From contig JAZJZE010000001.1 of assembly GCA_040390065.1 (NCBI GenBank), positions 294,718-358,717 on the forward strand: a stretch of 64,000 nt of DNA, given 5' to 3'. The position numbers and the translations under genes are program-made. Within the stretch, counting starts at the first letter, position 1; each line of letters starts with the position of its first letter. This document shows positions 55,779 to 64,000 of the stretch, one piece after another. The notes below the pieces were generated by a model. The model ran no database searches and had not been told where the DNA came from. It was given only the letters and a program-made list of their open reading frames with translations. This DNA is from a bacterium. GTDB taxonomy: Archaea > Thermoplasmatota > E2 > JACPAO01 > JAHFTW01.

Positions 55779-56900
55779 GTGAAGGTGACCGTGGTGGGCG
55801 GCGGCGTGCTCGGGTGCGCAGGCGCCTTGGGGCTGGCCGATGGGGGGCACGAGGTGACGCTGGTCGAGCGTCGGACCCTTGGCTCGGGGAACTCCGCGAA
55901 AGCGGCGGGCATCCTGTCGTCGTTTGCCTGGAACGACGCGGACTACAAGCTCATCGCCGAGACGCGTGGCGCCATCGGCGAACTCATCTCGCTCGCCATG
56001 GCGGCAGGCGAGCGCAACGCCCGCAATGCTTGGCGGCCGACGCCGTCCATCGTGGTGGGCAAGGGCGACTCGCTGCGGCTGCTCGACCAATTGCAGGAGC
56101 GCGTCGAGCGCCACACGGAGGAATGCGAACGGCTCGACCACCGCAGCGCCGCGCGCGATTTCCCCGAGATGCGGTTCGAGCCAGGCGAGGAGATCCTCGT
56201 GGCGCAGGAGGACGGCATCGTCGAGGTGGGGGATCTCACCGCCGCACTGCGCGCGCGGCTCGTGAGCGAAGGCGTGGCCGTCGTCGAGAACGGGGCGGAT
56301 GCCCTTGCCGTGGCGGGCGGCCGGGTGCACGGTGCGGACGCCGTCGTCGTCGCCGCGGGCGTATGGACCGCCCCTCTTGTTGCGCGCCACGGCGTGCGTC
56401 TGCCGGTGCAGAACTACCGGACGCAGCTGGCGAGCCTGGCCATGCCGTCGGAGAACCTGCCCATCGTGCATGACCTGGTGCAGCACTTCTACGCGCGGCC
56501 CGAGTCGGAGTCCTCCATGATGGCAGGCGACGGCACGCAGTTGCGCCCGTTCGATCCTGAGCACTACAACGAGGCGGCCGATCCTGAGTTCATCGAGGCC
56601 ACGGCCGAGCGCGTCGTGCGGCGCTTCGACGATGGCGGCGAGGCGACGGTCCGCTCGGGATGGGCGGGTCTCTGTGTGGCGACTCCGGACCGGCGTCCGT
56701 TGTGCGGTCCGGTCGACGGGGTGGAGGGGCTGTTCGTCCTGACGGGGGACAACGGCTTCGGGGTCATGCGCAGCCTGGCCCTCGGCGCGAAGCTGGCGGA
56801 TGCAGTGCGGGGCAGGGTCGACGCCGGCCTCGATCCGCGGCGGTTTGGCAAGGATGCGACGTCCGAGTTCCAGATGCGCGAAGGATATGGCGCCCCGTGA
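55779..56900 (+). CDS. FAD-dependent oxidoreductase (DAO/sarcosine oxidase beta-like)
   Basis: VVGGGVLG, GNSAKAAG, VVVAAGVWT, WAGL…TPDRRPLCG, GDNGFG. Confidence 0.9.
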   Translation: MKVTVVGGGVLGCAGALGLADGGHEVTLVERRTLGSGNSAKAAGILSSFAWNDADYKLIAETRGAIGELISLAMAAGERNARNAWRPTPSIVVGKGDSLRLLDQLQERVERHTEECERLDHRSAARDFPEMRFEPGEEILVAQEDGIVEVGDLTAALRARLVSEGVAVVENGADALAVAGGRVHGADAVVVAAGVWTAPLVARHGVRLPVQNYRTQLASLAMPSENLPIVHDLVQHFYARPESESSMMAGDGTQLRPFDPEHYNEAADPEFIEATAERVVRRFDDGGEATVRSGWAGLCVATPDRRPLCGPVDGVEGLFVLTGDNGFGVMRSLALGAKLADAVRGRVDAGLDPRRFGKDATSEFQMREGYGAP

Positions 56901-56976
56901 TGCGACGGTCATCGCATTCCGCGCCATTGAAACGCCGTTTTCCTAGCCCTCGCGATGTCCATACTTGAACAATGAC

Positions 56977-56995
56977 TGGATTTCTGAGAAATCCA
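56977..56995. promoter_or_regulatory. Perfect 9-1-9 palindrome, candidate operator
   Basis: TGGATTTCT-G-AGAAATCCA in an AT-rich intergenic stretch. Confidence 0.5.
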
Positions 56996-57055
56996 TGCGT
57001 CGGACTCCGAAAAGACGAAAATCCTTTTCAGGAAAACCAGCGTGAGCCTCAAGGT

Positions 57056-59032
57056 ATGTGGGGAGCACGTGGTGGATTGGGCGCCGAAGCCGGCGCCCCG
57101 AGCAGGGATGAAACGCAGTCGGACCAGGCCCGCCGCGCCTCGCGCGCCCTGTCGGCAGTCGTCCTCGCCTTCCTTGCGACGTTTGCCGGCCTTGCCATCC
57201 CGCTCTTGCCGACCGCGACGGCGGCCCCCGGCGGCGCCGTCTTGGATAACGGCGTCGTCGCCCTCGGCGTCCTGCCACTTGGCAGCCTCGGCGTCGACAG
57301 CGCGGTGATGACGAACTGCAACCGCGCCAACCAGCCGCAGCACGCCGACCCGATCACGCTGCGGCACGACGGCCTGAACTCGGACGCCAACTGCCAAGCC
57401 TACGAGGCCTGGGGCCTGGCGTATACGGGGGCATCGTCCTGCTGGGCCACGGCCACCAGCGTCGCTGTTCCATGGGCGGGGTTGAGCTCGCCGCCGCCTA
57501 CACCTGTGTCCTTCACCGCCACCGCCACGACGGCGGTCTCCGTGGTGACGTGCGGCGACATCCAGATGACCCAATCCTTCAGCCCGCAGCCGGGATTCCC
57601 GCAGATCTTCCGCGACGACATCCAGATCGTCAACACCTGCATGACGTGCACTCTGACGAACGTGCAGTTCCGCCGCACAATGGGCTGGTTCGACATGAAC
57701 ATGCACACCAACTATGGCGGCAACTGCCAATGCCAGACGGCGCAGGACATCGACACGCTCCCGACGGCGGCGCCGACGCCCGCAAGCCTCGTCGCGACCG
57801 GCCTGGTGGAGCCGTACGCCATCGGCCCGCCGGCGCTCAGCGGCCCCGTGCCCGACCCGACCGTTCCCCTGACGTACGCGGTGCAAGGCCCCCCAGGCGG
57901 CCCCCCAGTGTACCACTTCGCCTACGTGCAGACGCAGTCGATGGTCTACGACCTCAACTTCGGGACCCTCGGTCCGGGAAGCATGCAGCCTTTCGTCTTC
58001 TACTACGGGGCGGATACGAGCACAGACGCCGCGACGGCGGCCCTCACGACCATCGGGGCGCAGGTGTACAACTACGACAATCCGGTCCCGAACTGGGACA
58101 CGCAGGCACCGACCCAGCTCCCCGGGCCTGTCGGCGTGTTTGCCTACCAGGAGCTTCCCAAGATCGACGTGACCCCGCCCGCAGGGCCGACGGCGAGCCA
58201 CAAGGGCCAGCAGACGAACGGCTGCGGACTTTCGCCCGTCCAGTTCACCGACTCGTCAACGGCCGGCGGCGCCCCCATCGTGGGCTGGGCCTGGGACTTT
58301 GGCGACGGCAGCACCAGCACCGACCAGAACCCCCTGCACTACTATGGCGGAGAGGGCACGTACGCCGTCACCGAGACGGTCACCGACGCCAACGGAAACA
58401 CGAACACCGTTTCGTCCACGGTCGACGTCACGACGACCCAGTGCACGGAACCGACGATCTCACAGTCGGACCCGCAGGGGATCCGGCCACCGCACGATGG
58501 CACCGACCCGGCAATCGCCGGCGCAGACGCGGACGGTGACGGCGTGGCGAACGCCTTGGACAACTGCGTGTTTGCAGCCAACGCCGATCAAGCCGACAGC
58601 GATGCGGACCTGGCCGGCGACGCGTGCGACATCGACGCCGACAACGACGGCTTGGCCAACAACGCGGACAACTGCCCGACGACCGCGAATCCCAACCAAG
58701 AGGACCTCGACGGCAACGGCGAGGGTGACCCATGTGACGACGACCAAGACGGCGACCATGTCCTGAATGGCATGGACAACTGCCCCACGGTCCCGAACAC
58801 GCTGCAGGGCGACGTCGACGCAGACGGGGTCGGCGACGCGTGCCAAATCAAGACGCTGCAGGCCTTGGCGGTCGCGCCCACGGCAAGCCGAGATCTGACG
58901 ACCGACCGCGGTGTCTCTGCCCCGGCACAGCCGCAGTCCACAGTGCCGCTCCTTCTGCCGGTCAGCATCGCGGCCGCCCTAGGGGCATTTGCCATCGGCC
59001 TCGTTGCAGCCGGCCGCCGGCGGAGGCGGTAG
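57056..59032 (+). CDS. Surface protein with PKD and thrombospondin type-3 repeats, TM anchor
   Basis: [11 protein letters not shown]; DNCP…NxxQxDxDxxGxGDxC repeats; TM plus RRRRR; start uncertain (ORF open from 56972). Confidence 0.85.
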   Translation: MWGARGGLGAEAGAPSRDETQSDQARRASRALSAVVLAFLATFAGLAIPLLPTATAAPGGAVLDNGVVALGVLPLGSLGVDSAVMTNCNRANQPQHADPITLRHDGLNSDANCQAYEAWGLAYTGASSCWATATSVAVPWAGLSSPPPTPVSFTATATTAVSVVTCGDIQMTQSFSPQPGFPQIFRDDIQIVNTCMTCTLTNVQFRRTMGWFDMNMHTNYGGNCQCQTAQDIDTLPTAAPTPASLVATGLVEPYAIGPPALSGPVPDPTVPLTYAVQGPPGGPPVYHFAYVQTQSMVYDLNFGTLGPGSMQPFVFYYGADTSTDAATAALTTIGAQVYNYDNPVPNWDTQAPTQLPGPVGVFAYQELPKIDVTPPAGPTASHKGQQTNGCGLSPVQFTDSSTAGGAPIVGWAWDFGDGSTSTDQNPLHYYGGEGTYAVTETVTDANGNTNTVSSTVDVTTTQCTEPTISQSDPQGIRPPHDGTDPAIAGADADGDGVANALDNCVFAANADQADSDADLAGDACDIDADNDGLANNADNCPTTANPNQEDLDGNGEGDPCDDDQDGDHVLNGMDNCPTVPNTLQGDVDADGVGDACQIKTLQALAVAPTASRDLTTDRGVSAPAQPQSTVPLLLPVSIAAALGAFAIGLVAAGRRRRR

Positions 59033-59033
59033 C

Positions 59034-62000
59034 ATGGCGTTCCAGCGGGCCACGCTGCTCGCCCTGGCGCTTGCCGTCCTTGCAAGTGGGCTGGCCCTGT
59101 TTGCCCACACCGCGGCGGCAGGCGGCACCGGGTTCGAGATCCTGGCGGACAGCACATCCGACCATACGGGCGGCAGCCAGGACGCCGAGATCGTGCGCAT
59201 CGGCGCCTCGTCCGACGCATCCCGGATCTATTTCTGGGTGAAGGTCGGCGACTCGAGCTCCTCGTATGACCCGACGGCGGCTGCCAACCACGTCACGGCC
59301 CTGACGTTTCCCGTCAACTTGATCGACAAGTTCGGCACCTCCCGCTGGTTCACCAACAAGTACGACACTGCGGGAGCGTGGTCCGGAGCCGACTTCGCGG
59401 TCGGCAACAGCGACTCCGGCTCCTCCACGCAACCGACGCCGTACACCGTCACGTGGGCCTGCAATGAGGTCAAGTATTCAGTCAGCCGCACGGGCTGGGG
59501 CGCCGCGGGTTCGCAAAACCCGGCGGACGGCGATGCCTGGACGGGCATCTGGGTCGATTCCAAGGATTTCGCCGCCGCGACGCTGTTCGACTCGGCTGGC
59601 CGCTCGACGCCCCCACCGGCCGGAACCGGATCCGGTGCATGGACCGTTGGCCAGAACGGAAACACCTGGCAAGACGCACCGACCCTCTCCGCCCTGACCC
59701 CGGTCGGGGACAACAAGGTTCGCGTCTCGTGGTCTGCGGCAGCGGACAACGGTGCCCAAGCCGTCTCCGCCTACCGTGTGTACCGCAGCGTGAACGGAGT
59801 CCTCCCGTTCGGGCTCGTCGCCACGGTGAGCTCCCCGAGCACGACGTACGATGACACGGGCCTCACGACGGGGTCGACGTACGCCTACAAGGTGTCCGCC
59901 GTCAACTGCCCACAACTACCGGCCAAGACGTCGGCGCCACCCGCGGGCGAGCCCTCTTACGTAGGCGGCGAGAGCCTGCGCAGCGCATCCATGTCCATCG
60001 TGCCCGACTTCCGGCCGCTCGCGGCAACCGGGCTTGCGGCTGGATCCCCCACGGCGGACTCGCTGCAGCTGACGTGGACCGCGCCGACGGACTGCCCCGC
60101 GGCATCTTGCACCCCGGCCGGGTCGGGTGGCAGCGGCATCCAGGGCTACAAGGTCTACCGCGGACCGTCGGGCGGCGAAGCCCTAGTGGACGACGTACTG
60201 GCCTCGGCGGTGTGCACACCTGCGTGCGCCTACACCAGTTCGGGCCTGACCGCCGCGACACACTACTGCTACTACATCCGGGCGTACGACAACTACGCCA
60301 CGCCGAACCTTGGCCCCGCCTCGGCGGAGGCGTGCGGCGATACGACGTCCAGCGGTCCCACGCCGCCTGCGGCCGTCGCCGATTCTTTCAACGCAATCAA
60401 GGACACGCTCTTGACCGCGACCACTGCGTGCGTTCCGGCAGGCACGCCGGCCGCATCGGGCGGACCGTACGCGGGCGTCGTCTGCAACGACCAAGACACC
60501 GCGAACCACGTCATCACGGCGCTGCTGGTCTCCGGCCCGACCCATATCACGCCCGGAGGGACGTTTTCCCTCGACGCCAAGGGCGGCGTGACGTACCAGG
60601 CGGCGACCGGATACTGCGGCGGCACGGGCGATTCCTTCCAGTACCAACTGAAAGACATCGACACAAACACGCTGCTCAACACGGTCACGGCCAGCATCGC
60701 CGTCGCTTGCACTGCCGCCGACCCGTTCGCCTTGGCGGACTCCTATTCGCTCTCCGAAGACTGCAGCGCCGCTGCGGCCCTCCTCTGTGCAACGCCCTTT
60801 GCGGCAAGCGGGTATCCGGCCTGCGGCGGCACGGCGGGCGTGTTGTGCAATGATGTGAACACCCTCGGCCACGCGATCCGCGCCATCCTGGGGGCTGGTG
60901 TCCTGCACGGCTCCTTGACGCTCTCGTCGAACGGCGCCTTCTCCTACACGCCCACCGCCAACTATTGCGGCAGCGACGCCTTCACCTACACGTTGCACGA
61001 TGACACCACGGCCGCCGACGTCAACACCGTGGCGGTCACCCTGACGCTTGCATGCGTCAATGACCTGCCGCAGCCGACCAACGACAGCTATCTCGTCATC
61101 ACGAACGCGGCACCGGCCTTGCTGAGCCCGAGTGTGACCGCCACGGACGGCGACCCCGACGCAGGCGTGGCCGCTTCTCCTGCCGCTTGGAGCACGCTCA
61201 GTATCACTGGCGTCACCCTGCCGAACTTTGGCGGCACGGCGACCATCGTCGGCAGCAACATCCGCTACAACCCGGCCGTCGGGTTCTCCGGTACCGAGAC
61301 GTTCAGCTACACATTGTCGGACGCCGGCGGCTTGTCCGCAAGCGCCATGGTCAGCATCACCGTCCGCGCCAACCAGCTGCCCCATGCCCACTTCGTGGCC
61401 AATCCCGGCAGCCCCGTGGTCGGTCAGCCGGTCACGTTCATCGACTCGTCTGCCGACCCGGATCCCGGGGACGCGGTGCAAACCCGGGCGTGGGACTTCG
61501 GCGATGGGTACGCATCCGCCGCGACCAGCCCGACGCACGTCTTCGGAACAATCGGCGGCGCCAAGGTCTGCTTGACGGTCAAGGACGGCTTCGGCGCGTT
61601 CAGCCTCCCCTACTGCCAGAGTCTGGCCGTGCTCGCGCCGTCCGGTCCAGCCAATCCGCCGGGCTCGGGGCCTGCGCCGCCGACCCAGCCTCCGGCACAA
61701 CCGCCGGCGGAGCAACCGGGGACGCAAGCCTTCCATGTGGATGCCGGGCCGGCCCAACGTGTGCCGGCGGGCTCCGCGGTGACGCTGCACGCGTCCGCCG
61801 CAGGCGCGACCGCCTTCGCTTGGATCCAGACGGCGGGCCCGCACGTCGACCTGCAAGCCGCGGGCACGGCGTCGCCGACGTTTGCCGCCCCCAAGGTCGC
61901 CAATCCGTACGCCGTGCTGTTCTTCGAGGTCACCGCACAGGGTGCGACGCAGAGCGCCGTCGGCGGCGTCATGGTGACCGTGGAGGCCGGGCCGGGCCCG

Positions 62001-62483
62001 GTCGCCGCCGTGAACTCCGACTCCTCCGCCGAGCCAGCGCAGACGGTGGCCCTCGACGCAAGCATGTCCAAGGATGACAACGGCGAGAGCCTCTCGTACC
62101 ACTGGACACAGTGGGAAGGGCCGCCCGTCGTCATCGCCGACCCGAACGCGGCCCGGACGACGTTCACTGTCCCCGATGCGCCATCCGGTACGAAGCTGCG
62201 CTTTGGCCTCGAGGTGAGCGACGGCCAGGCCTCGGGCGTCGCCGTGCAGACCGTCACGGTCGCCCCGTCCTCGATCGAAGTTCCCCAAGTCCCCGGCGAT
62301 GGCGAGAAGGCCGCGCAGGACACCGCCGCCGCGGCGCCGGGAGGGGGGGCGTCCGTCCCGCAAGCAGCGGCCGCCGATTCCGGGGCGAAGGTCGGATTGG
62401 CGGTGTGGATCGTCGTAGCAGTTGCTGCCGTAATCGCCGTGGTCCTGCTGGTCGCATTGTGGCCGCGCAAGGGCACCACGTAG
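59034..62483 (+). CDS. Large surface protein: FN3 x2, Ig-like (Big_9-like) x3, PKD, TM anchor
   Basis: YRVYRS…YAYKVSAVN FN3, FSYTPTANYCGSDAFTY, WDFGDG, VDAGP…WIQTAGP, C-terminal TM plus RK. Confidence 0.88.
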   Translation: MAFQRATLLALALAVLASGLALFAHTAAAGGTGFEILADSTSDHTGGSQDAEIVRIGASSDASRIYFWVKVGDSSSSYDPTAAANHVTALTFPVNLIDKFGTSRWFTNKYDTAGAWSGADFAVGNSDSGSSTQPTPYTVTWACNEVKYSVSRTGWGAAGSQNPADGDAWTGIWVDSKDFAAATLFDSAGRSTPPPAGTGSGAWTVGQNGNTWQDAPTLSALTPVGDNKVRVSWSAAADNGAQAVSAYRVYRSVNGVLPFGLVATVSSPSTTYDDTGLTTGSTYAYKVSAVNCPQLPAKTSAPPAGEPSYVGGESLRSASMSIVPDFRPLAATGLAAGSPTADSLQLTWTAPTDCPAASCTPAGSGGSGIQGYKVYRGPSGGEALVDDVLASAVCTPACAYTSSGLTAATHYCYYIRAYDNYATPNLGPASAEACGDTTSSGPTPPAAVADSFNAIKDTLLTATTACVPAGTPAASGGPYAGVVCNDQDTANHVITALLVSGPTHITPGGTFSLDAKGGVTYQAATGYCGGTGDSFQYQLKDIDTNTLLNTVTASIAVACTAADPFALADSYSLSEDCSAAAALLCATPFAASGYPACGGTAGVLCNDVNTLGHAIRAILGAGVLHGSLTLSSNGAFSYTPTANYCGSDAFTYTLHDDTTAADVNTVAVTLTLACVNDLPQPTNDSYLVITNAAPALLSPSVTATDGDPDAGVAASPAAWSTLSITGVTLPNFGGTATIVGSNIRYNPAVGFSGTETFSYTLSDAGGLSASAMVSITVRANQLPHAHFVANPGSPVVGQPVTFIDSSADPDPGDAVQTRAWDFGDGYASAATSPTHVFGTIGGAKVCLTVKDGFGAFSLPYCQSLAVLAPSGPANPPGSGPAPPTQPPAQPPAEQPGTQAFHVDAGPAQRVPAGSAVTLHASAAGATAFAWIQTAGPHVDLQAAGTASPTFAAPKVANPYAVLFFEVTAQGATQSAVGGVMVTVEAGPGPVAAVNSDSSAEPAQTVALDASMSKDDNGESLSYHWTQWEGPPVVIADPNAARTTFTVPDAPSGTKLRFGLEVSDGQASGVAVQTVTVAPSSIEVPQVPGDGEKAAQDTAAAAPGGGASVPQAAAADSGAKVGLAVWIVVAVAAVIAVVLLVALWPRKGTT

Positions 62484-62610
62484 CCGCCGGCGCCTTCGGC
62501 GGTCCCTGACGGTTGAAGGCTCGGGCCCCGGCAACCGGAAAGAGGCTGTTCTTCCCACACATCGCGAGGCCGCCTTATCCAGGGCACGCGCGTTGGTTGC
62601 CCGGGTCCGC

Positions 62611-63594
62611 ATGACACGAACCATCCCCTTGGCGCTTGCCGTGATTGCCGCTGTATCGCTCTTCGTCACGGCCGCCGCCGTCCGCGGCCCCGAAGGCTCG
62701 CCCGCCCCCATCGCGACGCACGCGGCCCCCCTGCCCTCCGTCCAGGAGATTGCTGCGTCGATGTCGGAACCCCCCGTTCGCCACATGATGAAGCCATTCA
62801 GCCACGCGCCGGCCGTCACGCTCCCCGTCCCCACCCCGCCGGTCGCGGCTGACGCCCTGCCGTCGGGCGGAGGGAACCTCGTGTACCACGGCGGGCCCGT
62901 CCAGACGGCCCCCAAGGTCTACCTGGTCTACTGGGGCTGGAACGGCGTCGACCCAGCCAACGTCGAGCCCTACCTCACGGCGTTCTTCAACGGCGTTGGC
63001 GGCACGGGCTGGGCCAACATCCAGACCCAATACTCCAGCATCACCAACCCGACCGGCCAGCTCGCCGGCGTGTGGCACGACAACTCGGCTCTACCGCCAA
63101 CGATCCCCGACCTGTGGCTGCCCGCCGAAGCAATCCGGGCCGAGGCGTACTTCGGATACAGCGCGGACGCCGACTACATCATCGCGACGCCGCCGTACAG
63201 TTCCACGGCGGGCTTCGGCGCGGAATTCTGCGCCTGGCATTCGACCACGACGGACAGCCTGAGCCGCAATGTCGCGTTCACCAACCTGCCGTACATGCCG
63301 ACCATGCCGGAGACCTGCGGCGCCTACTCGGTCAACGGTGGCCTGCCCTACCCGGGCCTTCTCGATGGCGTCAGCATCGTGGCAGGGCACGAGTACGCCG
63401 AGGTCGTGACGGATCCCGTGCCGGTCACCGGATGGGCCGACTCGACCGGCGGCGCCGGCGAGAACGCCGACAAGTGCGCCTGGGTGACCTCTGGACCCGG
63501 CCACATGCAGAACGTCGCCTGGAGCACCGGCACGTTTGCGGTCCAGGGTCTCTGGAGCAACGCCGCCAGCGGTTGTGTCATCACGTACCCGTAG
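62611..63594 (+). CDS. Secreted protein, Phi-1/EXORDIUM-like or zincin-like
   Basis: YHGGPV…VYLVYWG, FCAWHS, HEYAEVVTDP, GENADKCAW, VQGLWSN. Confidence 0.7.
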   Translation: MTRTIPLALAVIAAVSLFVTAAAVRGPEGSPAPIATHAAPLPSVQEIAASMSEPPVRHMMKPFSHAPAVTLPVPTPPVAADALPSGGGNLVYHGGPVQTAPKVYLVYWGWNGVDPANVEPYLTAFFNGVGGTGWANIQTQYSSITNPTGQLAGVWHDNSALPPTIPDLWLPAEAIRAEAYFGYSADADYIIATPPYSSTAGFGAEFCAWHSTTTDSLSRNVAFTNLPYMPTMPETCGAYSVNGGLPYPGLLDGVSIVAGHEYAEVVTDPVPVTGWADSTGGAGENADKCAWVTSGPGHMQNVAWSTGTFAVQGLWSNAASGCVITYP

Positions 63595-63654
63595 TTGCCG
63601 AGGAATGCGAAATCCATGCCAGGCTCATGAGGGCCCGGCCATGATGCGGCGGCC

Positions 63655-64000
63655 ATGCCTTTGGGCCTGCGTCGCGTCGTGCCGGCTGCCATCCTGGTCG
63701 CCCTCCTCGCCGGGCCGTCCACGGGGCTGGCCCCGACATCGGCGTTGCAGCCGCCCGACGTCGAGTCGTTCTGCGACATGCACACCAAGCACTGCGAGCC
63801 CGTGCCCCTCGACCTGAGGCAATGGCTGGTCCCGCAGAGCCAACCGATGTCGCAGACGTCGGATTCCGACACACAGCGCTGGCTCGTGGCGCCGATCCGT
63901 GGCTACCTCACGCACGACGAATACCAGATCATCCAAGGCCTGGTGCCGGACATCCCGACTGTGCCGCTCGCAGCACCGCCGGGGGCCATCAACGAGACAG
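63655..64000 (+). CDS. Secreted hypothetical protein, 3'-truncated by the window edge
   Basis: MPLGLRRVVPAAILVALLAG signal-like start; frame open to base 64000. Confidence 0.55.
   Translation, partial: MPLGLRRVVPAAILVALLAGPSTGLAPTSALQPPDVESFCDMHTKHCEPVPLDLRQWLVPQSQPMSQTSDSDTQRWLVAPIRGYLTHDEYQIIQGLVPDIPTVPLAAPPGAINET

Overview
GC-rich archaeal chromosomal window, most likely Thermoplasmatota (single fused RpoB, N-terminally extended RpoA'', archaeal r-proteins S19e/L39e/L31e/LX/L30e, aIF6, prefoldin, Rpp21, aEF-1beta). It holds three core information-processing clusters (rnp4-yhbY...rps19e-...-pfdA...ftsY; rpoH-B-A'-A''-rpl30e-nusA; rps13-4-11-rpoD-tRNA-Leu), three tRNAs (Gly-CCC, Lys-TTT, Leu-CAG), an arsenic cluster, a two-component cluster, bacterial-type MetK and NAD-formate dehydrogenase, HicBA, Amt and many secreted or membrane-anchored modular proteins. 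The most unusual signal is a set of 125-162 bp non-coding inserts at the 3' ends of unrelated essential genes (tRNA-Gly, tRNA-Leu x2-3, nusA). Each carries an inverted 'mirror' copy of the host gene's 3' end, GC hairpins with GCGAAGC-type loops, and a second direct copy of the 3' end. At nusA the second copy encodes the same eight residues plus stop (EIDEVQVI*) with 7 of 8 codons synonymously recoded. No integrase or transposase is encoded in the window. A separate family of 9-bp-periodic palindromes, a probable homopolymer frameshift that removes a membrane anchor, and small unannotated ORFs are also noted. All calls are from motif recognition by eye; no searches were run.
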